Virus record (IMG/VR): IMGVR_UViG_3300028274_000012
Span: 1 to 49,694 of that record
Length of the DNA stretch: 49,694 nt
From: a virus
Taxonomy: Duplodnaviria > Caudoviricetes
Strand: one strand, 5' to 3'
Each line of letters opens with the position of its first letter. The stretch's first letter is position 1. Made by a program: the position numbers and the translations under genes. The notes below the pieces were generated by a model, which saw only the letters and a program-made list of their open reading frames with translations, searched no databases and was not told the DNA's origin. Positions 18,745 through 29,376 of this stretch are shown one piece after another.

Positions 18745-19827
18745 TTGAAACTATGTCTTGTTTGCCATAAGTATGGAGTACCACTTGATGATATGTGCTG
18801 TTATCCGTTGGGGTTTATGTATGTTTCAGCGGTGTTAAAAGCTCAGGGGCATGAGGTAAAAGTATTAAATTATAACCTCTATGACTATGATTTTGTCAAG
18901 GAAGTTAAAGATCAAGATGCTGTACTTTTTACTGGTTTTGAAGAATTTATGCTACCTATTGTAAGGGATGCTAAGATATGTAAAGATCTTGAAATTTATA
19001 CAATAATTGGTGGAGCACTTGCTACGTTTATCCCGGAGATTATAGGGAAATATGTAGATCAGGTATGTGTCGGTGAGTTCGAAGAAACGTCAAATATTGA
19101 CCATATCCCTTGGCCCGATTACGAGGGCTTCGGCATTGACGAGTACCATAAAAGGCATAGTAAAAGATATATGTCTATTTTGACTTCTAGAGGTTGTCCG
19201 CATAACTGTACTTTTTGTTCACAGACCTGTGTGTTTAGAGTACGGAAACTGGATAAAGTGTTTGAAGAGATTCAGTACTATAAAGATAAGTATAAAATAG
19301 ATACAATAGTGTTTAATGATAATACTTTTAATTTGTCGAAGAAAAGGTTTTTGAAAATTTGTAGCTGGTTAAAAGGTAAAGATCTGGAATGGGGAGCAAG
19401 TTTACGTTGCGATATCTTTGATGAAGAAATGGCAAAGGCTGCAAAGGACAGCAATTGTAGCTATTTTATTGTAGGAATTGAGTCTTTTAATCAAAAAAGA
19501 TTAGATAAAATGTATAAGGGAATTACTGTAAAAGATATTTATAGAACTTTGGATTTACTGAAGAAATATAAAATTAACTACCATGGAAATATTCTTCTTG
19601 GCTTTGAGGATGAAAGTTATTTGGATATAGCAATGGAGGTTAATAAAATTCCAAAGGGTTATAATGTTTTTCCTACTTTGGTGCAGCCGTTTATAGGTAC
19701 AGAGAATGGGAAGACTCGCTTACTGACTGATCATGAGGTGGAGTATTTAAATGAGAATTTTCTCGAATATATAATAGATCAAGGGCTGTATCAGTACCCA
19801 GTTCTTGGAAAACTAAGGGTGGTGTAG
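18745..19827 (+). CDS. cobalamin-binding radical SAM protein (class B methyltransferase-like)
   Basis: YPLGFMYVSAVLK..GHEV and IIGG (B12 domain), TSRGCPHNCTFC (CxxxCxxC), FNDNTF, GIES. TTG start with AGGTGG SD. Confidence 0.9.
   Translation: MKLCLVCHKYGVPLDDMCCYPLGFMYVSAVLKAQGHEVKVLNYNLYDYDFVKEVKDQDAVLFTGFEEFMLPIVRDAKICKDLEIYTIIGGALATFIPEIIGKYVDQVCVGEFEETSNIDHIPWPDYEGFGIDEYHKRHSKRYMSILTSRGCPHNCTFCSQTCVFRVRKLDKVFEEIQYYKDKYKIDTIVFNDNTFNLSKKRFLKICSWLKGKDLEWGASLRCDIFDEEMAKAAKDSNCSYFIVGIESFNQKRLDKMYKGITVKDIYRTLDLLKKYKINYHGNILLGFEDESYLDIAMEVNKIPKGYNVFPTLVQPFIGTENGKTRLLTDHEVEYLNENFLEYIIDQGLYQYPVLGKLRVV
19084..19102 (+). repeat. polar palindrome copy 2 (inside the radical SAM gene)
   Basis: GAAACGTCAAATATTGACC. 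Confidence 0.75.
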
Positions 19828-19828
19828 T

Positions 19829-20275
19829 ATGATAAAAGAATGGACTGCAAAAGATGGTAGAGAAAGCATGAGACATACTGAATTTATGAAAGCTTTTGAA
19901 GAAGCTAGTGGTATGGTTAAGGTTAATATACAATACGCTCATGCTAGGTATCAAGAGTTACTTGAATCTGGAATTTGTAGAGTATTTTACGCCGAGACAG
20001 AAGATAAAATTATCCAAGGTTCTATAGGTTTTATTATTTCTAATGATTTACATGACGGGAAGAAAATTGCGATTGAAACTTTCTGGTTTGTTGACCCAAC
20101 TTATAGAGGAATCGGTAAGAAATTATTTAATAAATTTGAAGCTGAAGCACATAAACTTGGTTGTGAAAAACTTGCTATGATTCATATGGTTGACTCGTAT
20201 CCCGATACCCTTAAAGCTTTTTATGAAAAGAATGGGTATAAATTACTTGAATCACATTATATAAAGGAGATTTAG
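19829..20275 (+). CDS. GNAT-family acetyltransferase
   Basis: ETFWFVDPTYRGIG (acetyl-CoA loop) and FYEKNGY. Confidence 0.85.
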   Translation: MIKEWTAKDGRESMRHTEFMKAFEEASGMVKVNIQYAHARYQELLESGICRVFYAETEDKIIQGSIGFIISNDLHDGKKIAIETFWFVDPTYRGIGKKLFNKFEAEAHKLGCEKLAMIHMVDSYPDTLKAFYEKNGYKLLESHYIKEI

Positions 20276-20277
20276 TT

Positions 20278-20937
20278 ATGTCAGTAGTTTCTGGAATAGT
20301 AGGAGCAAAGGCATCTAAAAGTGCAGCGAGGGCTCAGTCTGATGCGAGTGTACGAGCTGCTGAAATTCAATCGGCTGCTAGTGATAGAGCAATTGCAGCT
20401 CAAATGGATATGTTTGAGACTGGTAATGAATTGACTAAACCGTGGCGGGAAGCTGGTGAAAAAGCACTTGGTACGCTGCAGGAGAAAATTAGTGCTGGAC
20501 CCGGGGAGTTTACTGAAGACCCAGGGTATCAGTTTAGACTTAGCGAAGGTCAAAAGGCTATAGACAGAGATGCATCTAGGCAGGGAAATGTGTTAAGTGG
20601 TAGTACAACAAAAGCTGCTACACAATTTGGACAAGACTATGCTACGCAGAGTTACGATAATTTTCTTAACAATTATTATAAAAGTTTAACCCCGTTGCAG
20701 AGTGTTGCTGGTGTTGGACAAACCAGTGCGGGACAAGCTGCTGGAGCTGCGGTGTCTACAGGTGCTGGGATTGCGGGAACTGAAAGAGCTACAGGTAATG
20801 CCATTGCAGGGTATACTATAAATGCTGGTGAAGCTCAAGCAGCCGGGGATATTAATACGGCTAATGTTATTTCAGGTGCTTCGAGTTCAGCAATGGATAA
20901 TTACTTGGCTTGGAAATATTTAAGTAAGTCAGGATAA
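20278..20937 (+). CDS. DNA ejection/transfer protein (P22 gp7-like position)
   Basis: Ala/Gly-rich with PW..AG..AL and DPGYQFRL.EG, G..LSG...KA...FGQ.YA. Confidence 0.75.
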   Translation: MSVVSGIVGAKASKSAARAQSDASVRAAEIQSAASDRAIAAQMDMFETGNELTKPWREAGEKALGTLQEKISAGPGEFTEDPGYQFRLSEGQKAIDRDASRQGNVLSGSTTKAATQFGQDYATQSYDNFLNNYYKSLTPLQSVAGVGQTSAGQAAGAAVSTGAGIAGTERATGNAIAGYTINAGEAQAAGDINTANVISGASSSAMDNYLAWKYLSKSG

Positions 20938-20948
20938 GGAGAAATAAA

Positions 20949-22178
20949 ATGCCAATACCACAATTAAATATACCGAAGTCTAACGCTTTAAATACTATTA
21001 TGAAGTTTAAACAGCTTGGTGAGTATGATGAATCGAGTGCTGATAGAAAAGTTAAAGCTGGGCAGAGGAATACTATTTTTGAGTTGGAGAAACAAAAGCT
21101 AGAGCATGAGTTAAGTCCAGAAACACAGAATTTTATTAAGTTAAAGGAAGAGGCTGAATTAGCTAAAGTTAAAGCTGATGCGGTTGGTAAAACTCTTGAT
21201 AATAAACAAAAATATGCGGAGGGTATTCAAAAAACTTTACTTGGTATACGAGCTAAACTTCGTACTGACGGCGGGGATCTTTTTAAATTTAAAGATATGG
21301 TTTTAAAAAATGAGGTTTTAAAAGATCATGCTTATATGATACCCGATATTTCTCAATTTGGAAAGCCAGATTCTTCCAGTGAGACAGGTTATCGGCTTGA
21401 CGAAACAGCAATGAATAATTTAAAGTCTGTACTTTTGAATCTATCTTTAGATGCTAAAACTATAGCGGAAGGTGGAACAGCTGGAAAACAAACAACAGTT
21501 TATATGCCGAATGGAAGAGGTGGGTATAATGCTACTGAGGTTAAGTTGAATTTAAAAACTGGTGATACCTTTGATCCAGTTGCGTATGGCTTACCGGAGG
21601 GTACTGTAACGGCTTTACCAAAAGAAGTGAAAGCCCCGAAGACCAGGACTATTAAAAAGGGTACTGAAACAATTACTGAAGAGTTTGTTGGCGGTACTTG
21701 GAAAGAAATTGGTAGAGGCCCTTCGTTTAAGCCTACAGAAGAAAAACCTTTGACAGAGGCTCAAATAGCTGCTGGGAAAAGATCTGATACAAAAAGACTT
21801 TCAGATATTAGTGAAAAGTTTTCTAAGATAGATAAAAATGGTTACTCGATTTTAACTGATAAAGATGCTGGTTCAACTCTTGCTGAAGAACATAATAAAC
21901 TTGCTGAAAAAGGTGGAAGTAAATTTAGATACGAGTGGAAAGAAAACGGCGTGGAAGTAGATAAAGATGGAAAGGTTGCTGCAGTACAAAGATTTTTTGG
22001 TGGTGATCCTGGAACAGAAACAATTCCTGGTTACGCTAAAGTAAAGGTTGGAGCTAAAGCAGATAAAGTAAAAACTGAGTTAAGTGATGCAGATCTTGCA
22101 GTTTATAGAGAAGCTTATCCAGGTAAATCAGATGAAGAAATTAGAGCGGCGTATAGTAAATTATCTCAAAAGGAGTAA
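20949..22178 (+). CDS. putative internal virion / ejection protein
   Basis: AAGGAG SD; lies between the gp7-like gene and the giant ejection gene. Confidence 0.6.
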   Translation: MPIPQLNIPKSNALNTIMKFKQLGEYDESSADRKVKAGQRNTIFELEKQKLEHELSPETQNFIKLKEEAELAKVKADAVGKTLDNKQKYAEGIQKTLLGIRAKLRTDGGDLFKFKDMVLKNEVLKDHAYMIPDISQFGKPDSSSETGYRLDETAMNNLKSVLLNLSLDAKTIAEGGTAGKQTTVYMPNGRGGYNATEVKLNLKTGDTFDPVAYGLPEGTVTALPKEVKAPKTRTIKKGTETITEEFVGGTWKEIGRGPSFKPTEEKPLTEAQIAAGKRSDTKRLSDISEKFSKIDKNGYSILTDKDAGSTLAEEHNKLAEKGGSKFRYEWKENGVEVDKDGKVAAVQRFFGGDPGTETIPGYAKVKVGAKADKVKTELSDADLAVYREAYPGKSDEEIRAAYSKLSQKE

Positions 22179-22181
22179 ATC

Positions 22182-25100
22182 ATGCCTACGTTAAAACTTG
22201 GTAATTTACCTGAACTTGATTTTAGTGGTGAAAAGTTTGGAAGTCTTCCGGGGTTGGATTTTGGAGAAAAAGAAGAAAAAGAAGAAAAGGGACTTTTCTC
22301 TAAGTTTGGTGTACCAGAATTAAAATTTGGGGAACCTACTGAAAAGTTAAATATTCCTGCGTCTAATCAAATTCCTGACATTGAAGGTGAGATAGCTATA
22401 CCAGTGGAAACACCGGGTCAAGTAGCTAAACAAAACGAAGTTACTCCTTTGATGAAAAGTATAGCTGATCCGTTTGGTGAGTTCGAAGACGAACTTGGTA
22501 AGATTAAGCAAAGAACTCCTGAAGAGCAGCTAATTGTACCACCTACTGGAGAAGAGCTTAACATAGAAAATAAAAGTTTAACACAGCAGAATGAAGAAAT
22601 AACTGATATTGCTGAAAAGCTTCAGTTTAAAGATAATGATTTAAGGGGTATGAGATTAGCACTGGAAAAAGAAAAACCTGAAAATAAAGAACAACTTGAA
22701 GGATACAACGCTAGAGTTGGTATGTATAAACAACTAGCTAATGATTTTACTACCAGTGTGAAAGAGTATAATAAAAGACTTAAAGTTATTGGTAAACAGA
22801 GTGAAGATTTTAACGCTAAAGTAAAAGAACATAATGATTTTTTAGCTCTTCCAGGACCTGAAGAATCAGTAAGAAAGAAGCTTCAAGGAGTAAAAGAAGT
22901 TGTTGCTAATGTGGTTGCAGGTGCCGCTACGTTTATACCAGTTGGGTTAGCTAAATACGGTACTATTGGAGCTTATAGGCTTGCGGATTATTTAGGTTTA
23001 TACCCCGAAAGTGAAAGAGTTTCAGATGAAGTTATAGAAGACTATAAAAAATTTATTGATGATAATGTTCCTAGTCTTGGCGGAGCTTTAACAGCTAAAA
23101 CGCAACTTGGTCAGAAAGCTCTTGAGAAAATTGCAGTACCTTTTGAAAAGTTACATGATTTTGCTAAAAACAAAGCTAGATTTATAGATGGAGAAAAGTA
23201 TCCGAATCTTAAAGAATTTGCTACGTTTGGTGTTGAAGTCTTTATGTTTGGTCTTGTTGGTAAAGGTGCTAGAGATGTTAAAGCAAAAATTAAAGAACAT
23301 ACGAAGATGTATGAGATTATAGTAGAAACTATTGAAAGAGATATTCCTCCAGAAATGATGCAAAGTGAGCTGATTCGAAAAGGGGTTGATAAAGGTATTG
23401 CAGCTGAAATAGCTATAGCTATGAAAGAAAGACCGGTTACTGCTATTATTAGTGAGAAGGTTAAGATACAAAAAGATAAACCAGTTATTGCTGCACTTAA
23501 AGAAAGACTTGGTATGGAACCAGGGGAGCAGGTTCAAGTTGGTAAAAAGTTTGACAGAAAAGTAGATTTGAAAGTAAAAAAATTACCGGAACTTGATTTT
23601 AAAAAACCAGTGAAGAAAGAAGTAAAGGCTGAAGTAAAAACTGAAGTAAAAGAAGTTAAATCTGATCTTTCAGGAGAAGCTTTTGATATAGCCGAGAAAG
23701 CAGCAGATGTTAAAAGAGCAAAAGTAGTACCAACTAAAGACCTTAAACCTGAACAAAAAACTTTTATAGAAAAGAGAGTTCAAAAGCTTGGTAGTCTTGA
23801 AAAAGTTAAAAAAGAGTATAAAAATGATGATCCTGTAAGTATCTTTGCCAGAGAAACTGCGGCGAAGGTTTTTGGTGGAGATGCTGATATTAAGGGATTA
23901 AAACCTACGATTAAAACCACCCCGTTGTCCACTGGGTTTGAGGTTCAGGGCAGGGGTATGGATAAAGCTGGTAAGCTTGTAGGGTTTAAACATAAATGGC
24001 AAGCAACTAGAGATATGAAAGTTGCAGCTCGGAAGTCTGGTGCTGATCCGGTGGAGTATGATGTGGTTGAAGGTGACAGTGGATGGACTTTTCAGAGAAG
24101 AGAGATTAAGGTTGAAAAGAAAGTAAAAATTCCTAGTAAATTATACAGAGGTTATGCTAAAGGAAAAGAGTTTAGAGGTGAAGGAAGCCCTATTTTCTTT
24201 TCAGTAAATAAAAAATCAGCTACTGGTTTTGCTAATGCGTCTAAACATCTTGGAGAGCCGGTAGTTGGAGAATATTCTGTTGACATTAAGAACCCAAAAG
24301 TATATTCAGGTCCACTAGAGAAAGGTAGATCTACTTTTGCTACGGGTAGTAAACAAGTTAAAGAACTTAAAAAAGAGGGTTATGATAGTGCGGTTTATGT
24401 TGAAAATGGAGTAGTTAAAGAAGTAATAACTTTTAATAAAAACCAGGTAATTAAAAAAGAAAAAGTTTTTTCTTTACAAACTCTCGGAAAACCCGGTTAT
24501 AAGAAAGGTAAAATAGTTCCTTGGAAGATGGAAAGCTTTGCTATAAAAGCTGCTGAAAAAGCCGGTGAAAATTGGGAGGTTAAAAAACTTGGTGAAAAAT
24601 CTTTTGTAATTGAAAAGTCGGGAGAAAGGTCAAAAATTGACCAAAAGTCTGAGAATATAATTGACGAAGCGAAAAGAGTACCAACAGAGCCACCATTGGA
24701 TTATAAGCCAATAGGAATTTATAACAAGAATTCTGGTATGATTTTTAAGCCGTCAGTAGAAGAAATTGGAAGCTTTACAAATCCTCTAACTTTACATTTT
24801 GACGGGACACATAGTGAGTTAGTAAACGCAGTTGATTTTAAATTAGCTTTAGATGATACAGCTGGGATGAAAAAAGCTTTAATTGATTTAGGCTATGATA
24901 GTATACAGTTTGTTAAGATTAAATACGGTAAAGTTTATTATAATGGGGATAAGATTAGTATTAAAAAGCCGGGATTAAAAGTTGAAAAGCCAAGTAGAAC
25001 TGTAACAACAAAAGAGATAGAAGAAGTCCTACAGTTTGTCCCTGAAGTTCCTGAATCAGTGGTAGAAATTGATCCTAAAACACAAACCCCGTATCAGCAA

Positions 25101-28100
25101 TTAAAGTTTCTTGGAAAAAAATACAAAATAGGTACTAGTCGAAGTTATTATATGTTAAACACCTGGGTTGATCGTTTAACAGAAGCTGGAGCGACTACAG
25201 AAGAAATAGCTCGCGTAACAGCTTGGAAAGATACTGTTAATAGAAGTAGAGACAAATGGAAAAAATTAAATGATGATGCTTTAGCAAAATTTAATAAAAA
25301 GAAAGAAAAGAAAGTAGAGAAAATAATAAAAAGTAGTAAAGATTTATATGGTACTGGTAAAATAGCAGCATCTATTAATCCAACATTACAAAAGAAACAG
25401 GCTTTAAAAGATATTCTTGGTGTTAATCCTACAAGAACTATTGTTGGAGAGCTTTTACAAAATTCGTTTGATGCTATGAGAGACTATACTACAAAACCAT
25501 TAGAAGTATATATAAATGATGGTATTTTAGCTATGACAGACTACGGTAAAGGTATGTCACCGCAAATTGCAACATCTGATCTTGTAACTTTATTTGAGCA
25601 AGGTACTAAAGGTGCTGAAGATATGGGCGGTTTTGGTCAAGCTAAACTTGCGTTTATGGGTTGGCCTGATTCGTTTGATATTGTTACTGTAGGTATTGAT
25701 CCTACAACAGGAAAGAAAGTACAAAGCAAAATCTGGGGTACCAGTGAAGATTATATGCTTAAGAATAATGTTAATAAAGAAATAAAAGAAGTAGCAGATA
25801 ATAGTAAAACCGGAACTAGAATTATACTTAAAAAGGGGCAAAATTCAATAGGTGAATATGGTATTCAACCACATAGAGTTCTTGCTGAACTAGAAACTTT
25901 TGGTGAAGGACTTAGAACTGGGCAAACAGTAAAAGTAATGAAAGATTTTAAGTCAGATAAAGAACTAAAAGAAACTGGATTAACCCCTGGTATAGATGTT
26001 AAAGTAGTTGATGTTAAATCACCTAAATGGGAAAATATAGATAGTATTTTTGATGTAGAAAAGTTTTCTGTTGAAGGTAGTGATGTAGAGATTAAATTTC
26101 CTAAAACCGAACCGTATGGTTGGTCTGGTGAAGAAATGAAAGACGTAAGAGTAAAAGTATTTAATAAAGGTCTTCTTTTACCTGACGTACCTAAACGTAG
26201 TAGTTTAAACTTTTCTATTGCTAAAAAACCTAATTTTGAAATTGAAATAAATTTTATTAAAACGCCAGAAGCTTCTGATATAGCAAATTATCCTTTTGTT
26301 GTAAATAGAACCACATTAACAGCTAAAGTTGAGTCAAAAGTTAAAAGTGCGATACGTAAAACTTTATCTGAATTAAATGAAAAAATTGCTGATACAACTA
26401 AAAAAGATATACAAAGACTTTTTAATTCAGCACCAAAAATAAGTGATACAAAATTTATTATTCCTATTACAGGATCTACTGTAGAAGCTGTAAAAGTGTT
26501 AAAGCAGTATCCAAAGATGTTTAGTGAACTTGGTGAAATTACTAAATTACATAGCGATACAATTGGTAAACAGACTAACGTACCCCAACAAAATGTAGCA
26601 ATTACAACTTACGCAGGTGTACACGGTTTTAGACCAAAAAGTGGTATACTTAAAGAGGATTATGTAGTGGTAAATCCGTTTACTTATTTAGATACGTTTT
26701 TAAAAGATGTAGATGGATTACCTTACGGTACAAAAACTATAAATGAATTAACACCGACACAAATTAAAGCAAAAGATAAAGAATTAGAAAGTGCAGCTAT
26801 TGGGTTAATTAGTACACTTACACATGAATACGCTCACACAAATGCAAATGGACATTATTTATCTTTTGTTCAAGAGTTTCATAGAATAGAAAGAGATTTA
26901 GGATTTTCAAAACATAAAATGGAGGCACAAGCTTATGAGTTCTTTAAAAAATACGAATCAGATATCAGACACGCTACAAAAGCTCTCGAAGATATACAAA
27001 AAGCAGGGACGATCTCTCCGATCTTCTCTGAATATGTCCCTGAACAACGAAGGGTTGGACAATTCTCCGACGAGAAAAAATCTACAACAGATGTTGAAAG
27101 ACATGGACAAGTACGGGATAGAGGTGGAGTAAAACTTACCTCCGGGTTTGATCCAGTTGAAGCTGTAAAAGCAATTCGGGACCTGGGAAAAGATATAAAA
27201 GCAGCAATTCCACACCTGGAAACTTTAGGAAAACATTATTATACAGGTGAAAAACAGCGGTACTTCGATTGGCAGAAAAAGATGAAAGGAGCTCTAGGGG
27301 ATCTGTGGACTAAGGTTAAGAAGTACATAGGTGAAGTTTGGAAAGGGTTAAAAAGACCCTTAAAAAATGAAAAGGGGGCTGTTACAATCCCGGTTAGAGA
27401 AATAAAAGCAGCTACAAAAAGAAACATTAAAAGAACTAAAAAATTACTAGATGAAAAACTTGGAGCACTCACTACCAGGCTTGAAAAGATAAGTCCAAGT
27501 ATAAAGAATAAAATAATCGAATTTGAGTTAGACACCGGGGTTAAGGTAGAAAAAATAGCTAAAGATGTAATGCTTCCGTTTATAGAAAAAACTACTAAAA
27601 TGTCTAAGAAAGATTATGATACTTTTGATCTTGCGAGGAAAGAGCGGAACAAAAAAGAAATAGATGATTTGGTAGAGAAGTACGGGATGGAAGAAGAGTA
27701 TAAAAAAGTTCGGGGTATGCTTGATGCTATTGGTAACGAAGCTAGAGCAGTTGGATATAAGTTTAATTATTTAAAAGATTACCATCCTCGGCAGATTATA
27801 GATTTTGAAGGTCTTATGGATTATTTGTATGAGACTGGTAATAGGTCTACGATAGAATTTTTTATTGAAGCTAAAGAGAAAAAACTTGGTAGAAAGCTAA
27901 CTAATGAGGAAGAAATTAAACTTGTAAATTCGTTGTTTAGAGGTTATGCTGATGAAAGAATTACGCTTTCTAAACCGGGACAACTAAAGCTTAGAAAGTT
28001 AAAGAAAATTGGCCCTGAAATAATGGAGTTTTACGGGGATTCTAACAGTGCTCTTTTACGCTATGTCAATGATATAGTTTTAGCAGTAGAAGCTAAAAAA

Positions 28101-29369
28101 CTTTTTGGAGACTATAAAATAGAGGGCCTGGATTTAAACGAAACTATCGGGGCGTATATTTTAAGGGTGTCTAAAGAGAAGAGACTTACCCCGAGCCAGG
28201 AACTTGAACTAAGGTCAATGCTTCATGCTAGATTTAACCCCGTTGGAACTAGTGGAATTGTTACCACCTTTAAAAACGTAGCTGTGATAGATGTTATGGG
28301 CTCCCCGGCGTCAGCACTTCGGCAAGTCGGTGATATTGGTTGGTCTATGATAGAGAACGGGACTTTTGCTTCAAGTAAAGCTTTTGGTAAGGCAATGGTC
28401 GGTAACTTTATTTCGCAAAAATACGGCTCGGAATTTACAAAAGAAGATCTTGGGATTAGTAAAATTGGGGCGGAATTTAGTGATAAAACTTTGTCTGCAA
28501 AAGCTGTAGATAGTGTATTTAGAGTTATTTGGCTGACGAAAATAGATGCTATTGGGAAAGAGGTGTTAATAAATGCTGCGTATGATATAGCAGTTAGAAA
28601 GGCAAAGAGTAAAGATATTAAGGTTAGAGATGCTTTTATAAATAAACTCATACCTATATTTGAAAATCGAACAGATGCTTTAATGGAAGATTTTAGAAGT
28701 GGGGTAAAATCAAGAGATGTTAAACTTTATCTACTAAGAAAATTATCAGAATATCAACCTGCTACGCTTTCTGAACTCCCGCAGGGGTTTATAGAAGGTG
28801 GAAATGCTAGAATAGCTTATATGCTTAAATCTTTTGACTTGAAAAAGTTTGATGTATATAGAAGAAAGGTTTTTCAGCAAATAGCCAAGCCTGGTACCAG
28901 AATACAAGGTATTAAAAACCTGTTTAAAATAGCATTCTTTTTAACCTTAATGGAAGCTACAGGGGATACTTTAATAGACTTGTTTCTTGGTAAACCTATT
29001 AATATATCAGACACTGTTGTGGGTAGAATTTCGGGGCTGGCTATATCACGATATACTACGAGTAAGATTAGAAGAGAAGGTCCCGGGGCACTGCTTGAAC
29101 AAATTCTTCCTCCTACACAGTTTATAAATTCTATATTCAGGGATGTGGTTTCAGCGGGTGACGGGAAGGGTCTTGAATTTACTAAGTCTATCCCGTTGGT
29201 AGGAAAGTTCTATTATTACCGTTGGGGTAAGGGACTTGAAAAAGTTGAAAAAGATAGAGAGAAGAATCAGAGTAAGAATGCTATTAGCAGAATTAGAAAG
29301 ATTCAAAAACCTAAGGGTAAAAATGCTATTAGAAAAATTCAAAGAAAGAAAAGAAAAATTTCAAGATAA
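22182..29369 (+). CDS. giant polyvalent internal virion/ejection protein (ART-like, GHKL ATPase and HExxH metallopeptidase motifs)
   Basis: 2395 aa, last late gene. Motifs LYRG...IFFS...A..FA...IKNP...GYDS...EVITF; ELLQNSFDA, DYGKGM, GGFGQA, GTRI; THEYAH....H. Confidence 0.8.
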   Translation: MPTLKLGNLPELDFSGEKFGSLPGLDFGEKEEKEEKGLFSKFGVPELKFGEPTEKLNIPASNQIPDIEGEIAIPVETPGQVAKQNEVTPLMKSIADPFGEFEDELGKIKQRTPEEQLIVPPTGEELNIENKSLTQQNEEITDIAEKLQFKDNDLRGMRLALEKEKPENKEQLEGYNARVGMYKQLANDFTTSVKEYNKRLKVIGKQSEDFNAKVKEHNDFLALPGPEESVRKKLQGVKEVVANVVAGAATFIPVGLAKYGTIGAYRLADYLGLYPESERVSDEVIEDYKKFIDDNVPSLGGALTAKTQLGQKALEKIAVPFEKLHDFAKNKARFIDGEKYPNLKEFATFGVEVFMFGLVGKGARDVKAKIKEHTKMYEIIVETIERDIPPEMMQSELIRKGVDKGIAAEIAIAMKERPVTAIISEKVKIQKDKPVIAALKERLGMEPGEQVQVGKKFDRKVDLKVKKLPELDFKKPVKKEVKAEVKTEVKEVKSDLSGEAFDIAEKAADVKRAKVVPTKDLKPEQKTFIEKRVQKLGSLEKVKKEYKNDDPVSIFARETAAKVFGGDADIKGLKPTIKTTPLSTGFEVQGRGMDKAGKLVGFKHKWQATRDMKVAARKSGADPVEYDVVEGDSGWTFQRREIKVEKKVKIPSKLYRGYAKGKEFRGEGSPIFFSVNKKSATGFANASKHLGEPVVGEYSVDIKNPKVYSGPLEKGRSTFATGSKQVKELKKEGYDSAVYVENGVVKEVITFNKNQVIKKEKVFSLQTLGKPGYKKGKIVPWKMESFAIKAAEKAGENWEVKKLGEKSFVIEKSGERSKIDQKSENIIDEAKRVPTEPPLDYKPIGIYNKNSGMIFKPSVEEIGSFTNPLTLHFDGTHSELVNAVDFKLALDDTAGMKKALIDLGYDSIQFVKIKYGKVYYNGDKISIKKPGLKVEKPSRTVTTKEIEEVLQFVPEVPESVVEIDPKTQTPYQQLKFLGKKYKIGTSRSYYMLNTWVDRLTEAGATTEEIARVTAWKDTVNRSRDKWKKLNDDALAKFNKKKEKKVEKIIKSSKDLYGTGKIAASINPTLQKKQALKDILGVNPTRTIVGELLQNSFDAMRDYTTKPLEVYINDGILAMTDYGKGMSPQIATSDLVTLFEQGTKGAEDMGGFGQAKLAFMGWPDSFDIVTVGIDPTTGKKVQSKIWGTSEDYMLKNNVNKEIKEVADNSKTGTRIILKKGQNSIGEYGIQPHRVLAELETFGEGLRTGQTVKVMKDFKSDKELKETGLTPGIDVKVVDVKSPKWENIDSIFDVEKFSVEGSDVEIKFPKTEPYGWSGEEMKDVRVKVFNKGLLLPDVPKRSSLNFSIAKKPNFEIEINFIKTPEASDIANYPFVVNRTTLTAKVESKVKSAIRKTLSELNEKIADTTKKDIQRLFNSAPKISDTKFIIPITGSTVEAVKVLKQYPKMFSELGEITKLHSDTIGKQTNVPQQNVAITTYAGVHGFRPKSGILKEDYVVVNPFTYLDTFLKDVDGLPYGTKTINELTPTQIKAKDKELESAAIGLISTLTHEYAHTNANGHYLSFVQEFHRIERDLGFSKHKMEAQAYEFFKKYESDIRHATKALEDIQKAGTISPIFSEYVPEQRRVGQFSDEKKSTTDVERHGQVRDRGGVKLTSGFDPVEAVKAIRDLGKDIKAAIPHLETLGKHYYTGEKQRYFDWQKKMKGALGDLWTKVKKYIGEVWKGLKRPLKNEKGAVTIPVREIKAATKRNIKRTKKLLDEKLGALTTRLEKISPSIKNKIIEFELDTGVKVEKIAKDVMLPFIEKTTKMSKKDYDTFDLARKERNKKEIDDLVEKYGMEEEYKKVRGMLDAIGNEARAVGYKFNYLKDYHPRQIIDFEGLMDYLYETGNRSTIEFFIEAKEKKLGRKLTNEEEIKLVNSLFRGYADERITLSKPGQLKLRKLKKIGPEIMEFYGDSNSALLRYVNDIVLAVEAKKLFGDYKIEGLDLNETIGAYILRVSKEKRLTPSQELELRSMLHARFNPVGTSGIVTTFKNVAVIDVMGSPASALRQVGDIGWSMIENGTFASSKAFGKAMVGNFISQKYGSEFTKEDLGISKIGAEFSDKTLSAKAVDSVFRVIWLTKIDAIGKEVLINAAYDIAVRKAKSKDIKVRDAFINKLIPIFENRTDALMEDFRSGVKSRDVKLYLLRKLSEYQPATLSELPQGFIEGGNARIAYMLKSFDLKKFDVYRRKVFQQIAKPGTRIQGIKNLFKIAFFLTLMEATGDTLIDLFLGKPINISDTVVGRISGLAISRYTTSKIRREGPGALLEQILPPTQFINSIFRDVVSAGDGKGLEFTKSIPLVGKFYYYRWGKGLEKVEKDREKNQSKNAISRIRKIQKPKGKNAIRKIQRKKRKISR
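24624..24642 (+). repeat. polar palindrome copy 3 (inside the giant gene)
   Basis: GAAAGGTCAAAAATTGACC. Confidence 0.8.
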
Positions 29370-29376
29370 GTAAAAC

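Noticed and set aside
655-29342. Short - strand ORFs within the late genes
   Set aside because: Antisense shadows of long, well-supported + strand genes, with no SD or motifs.
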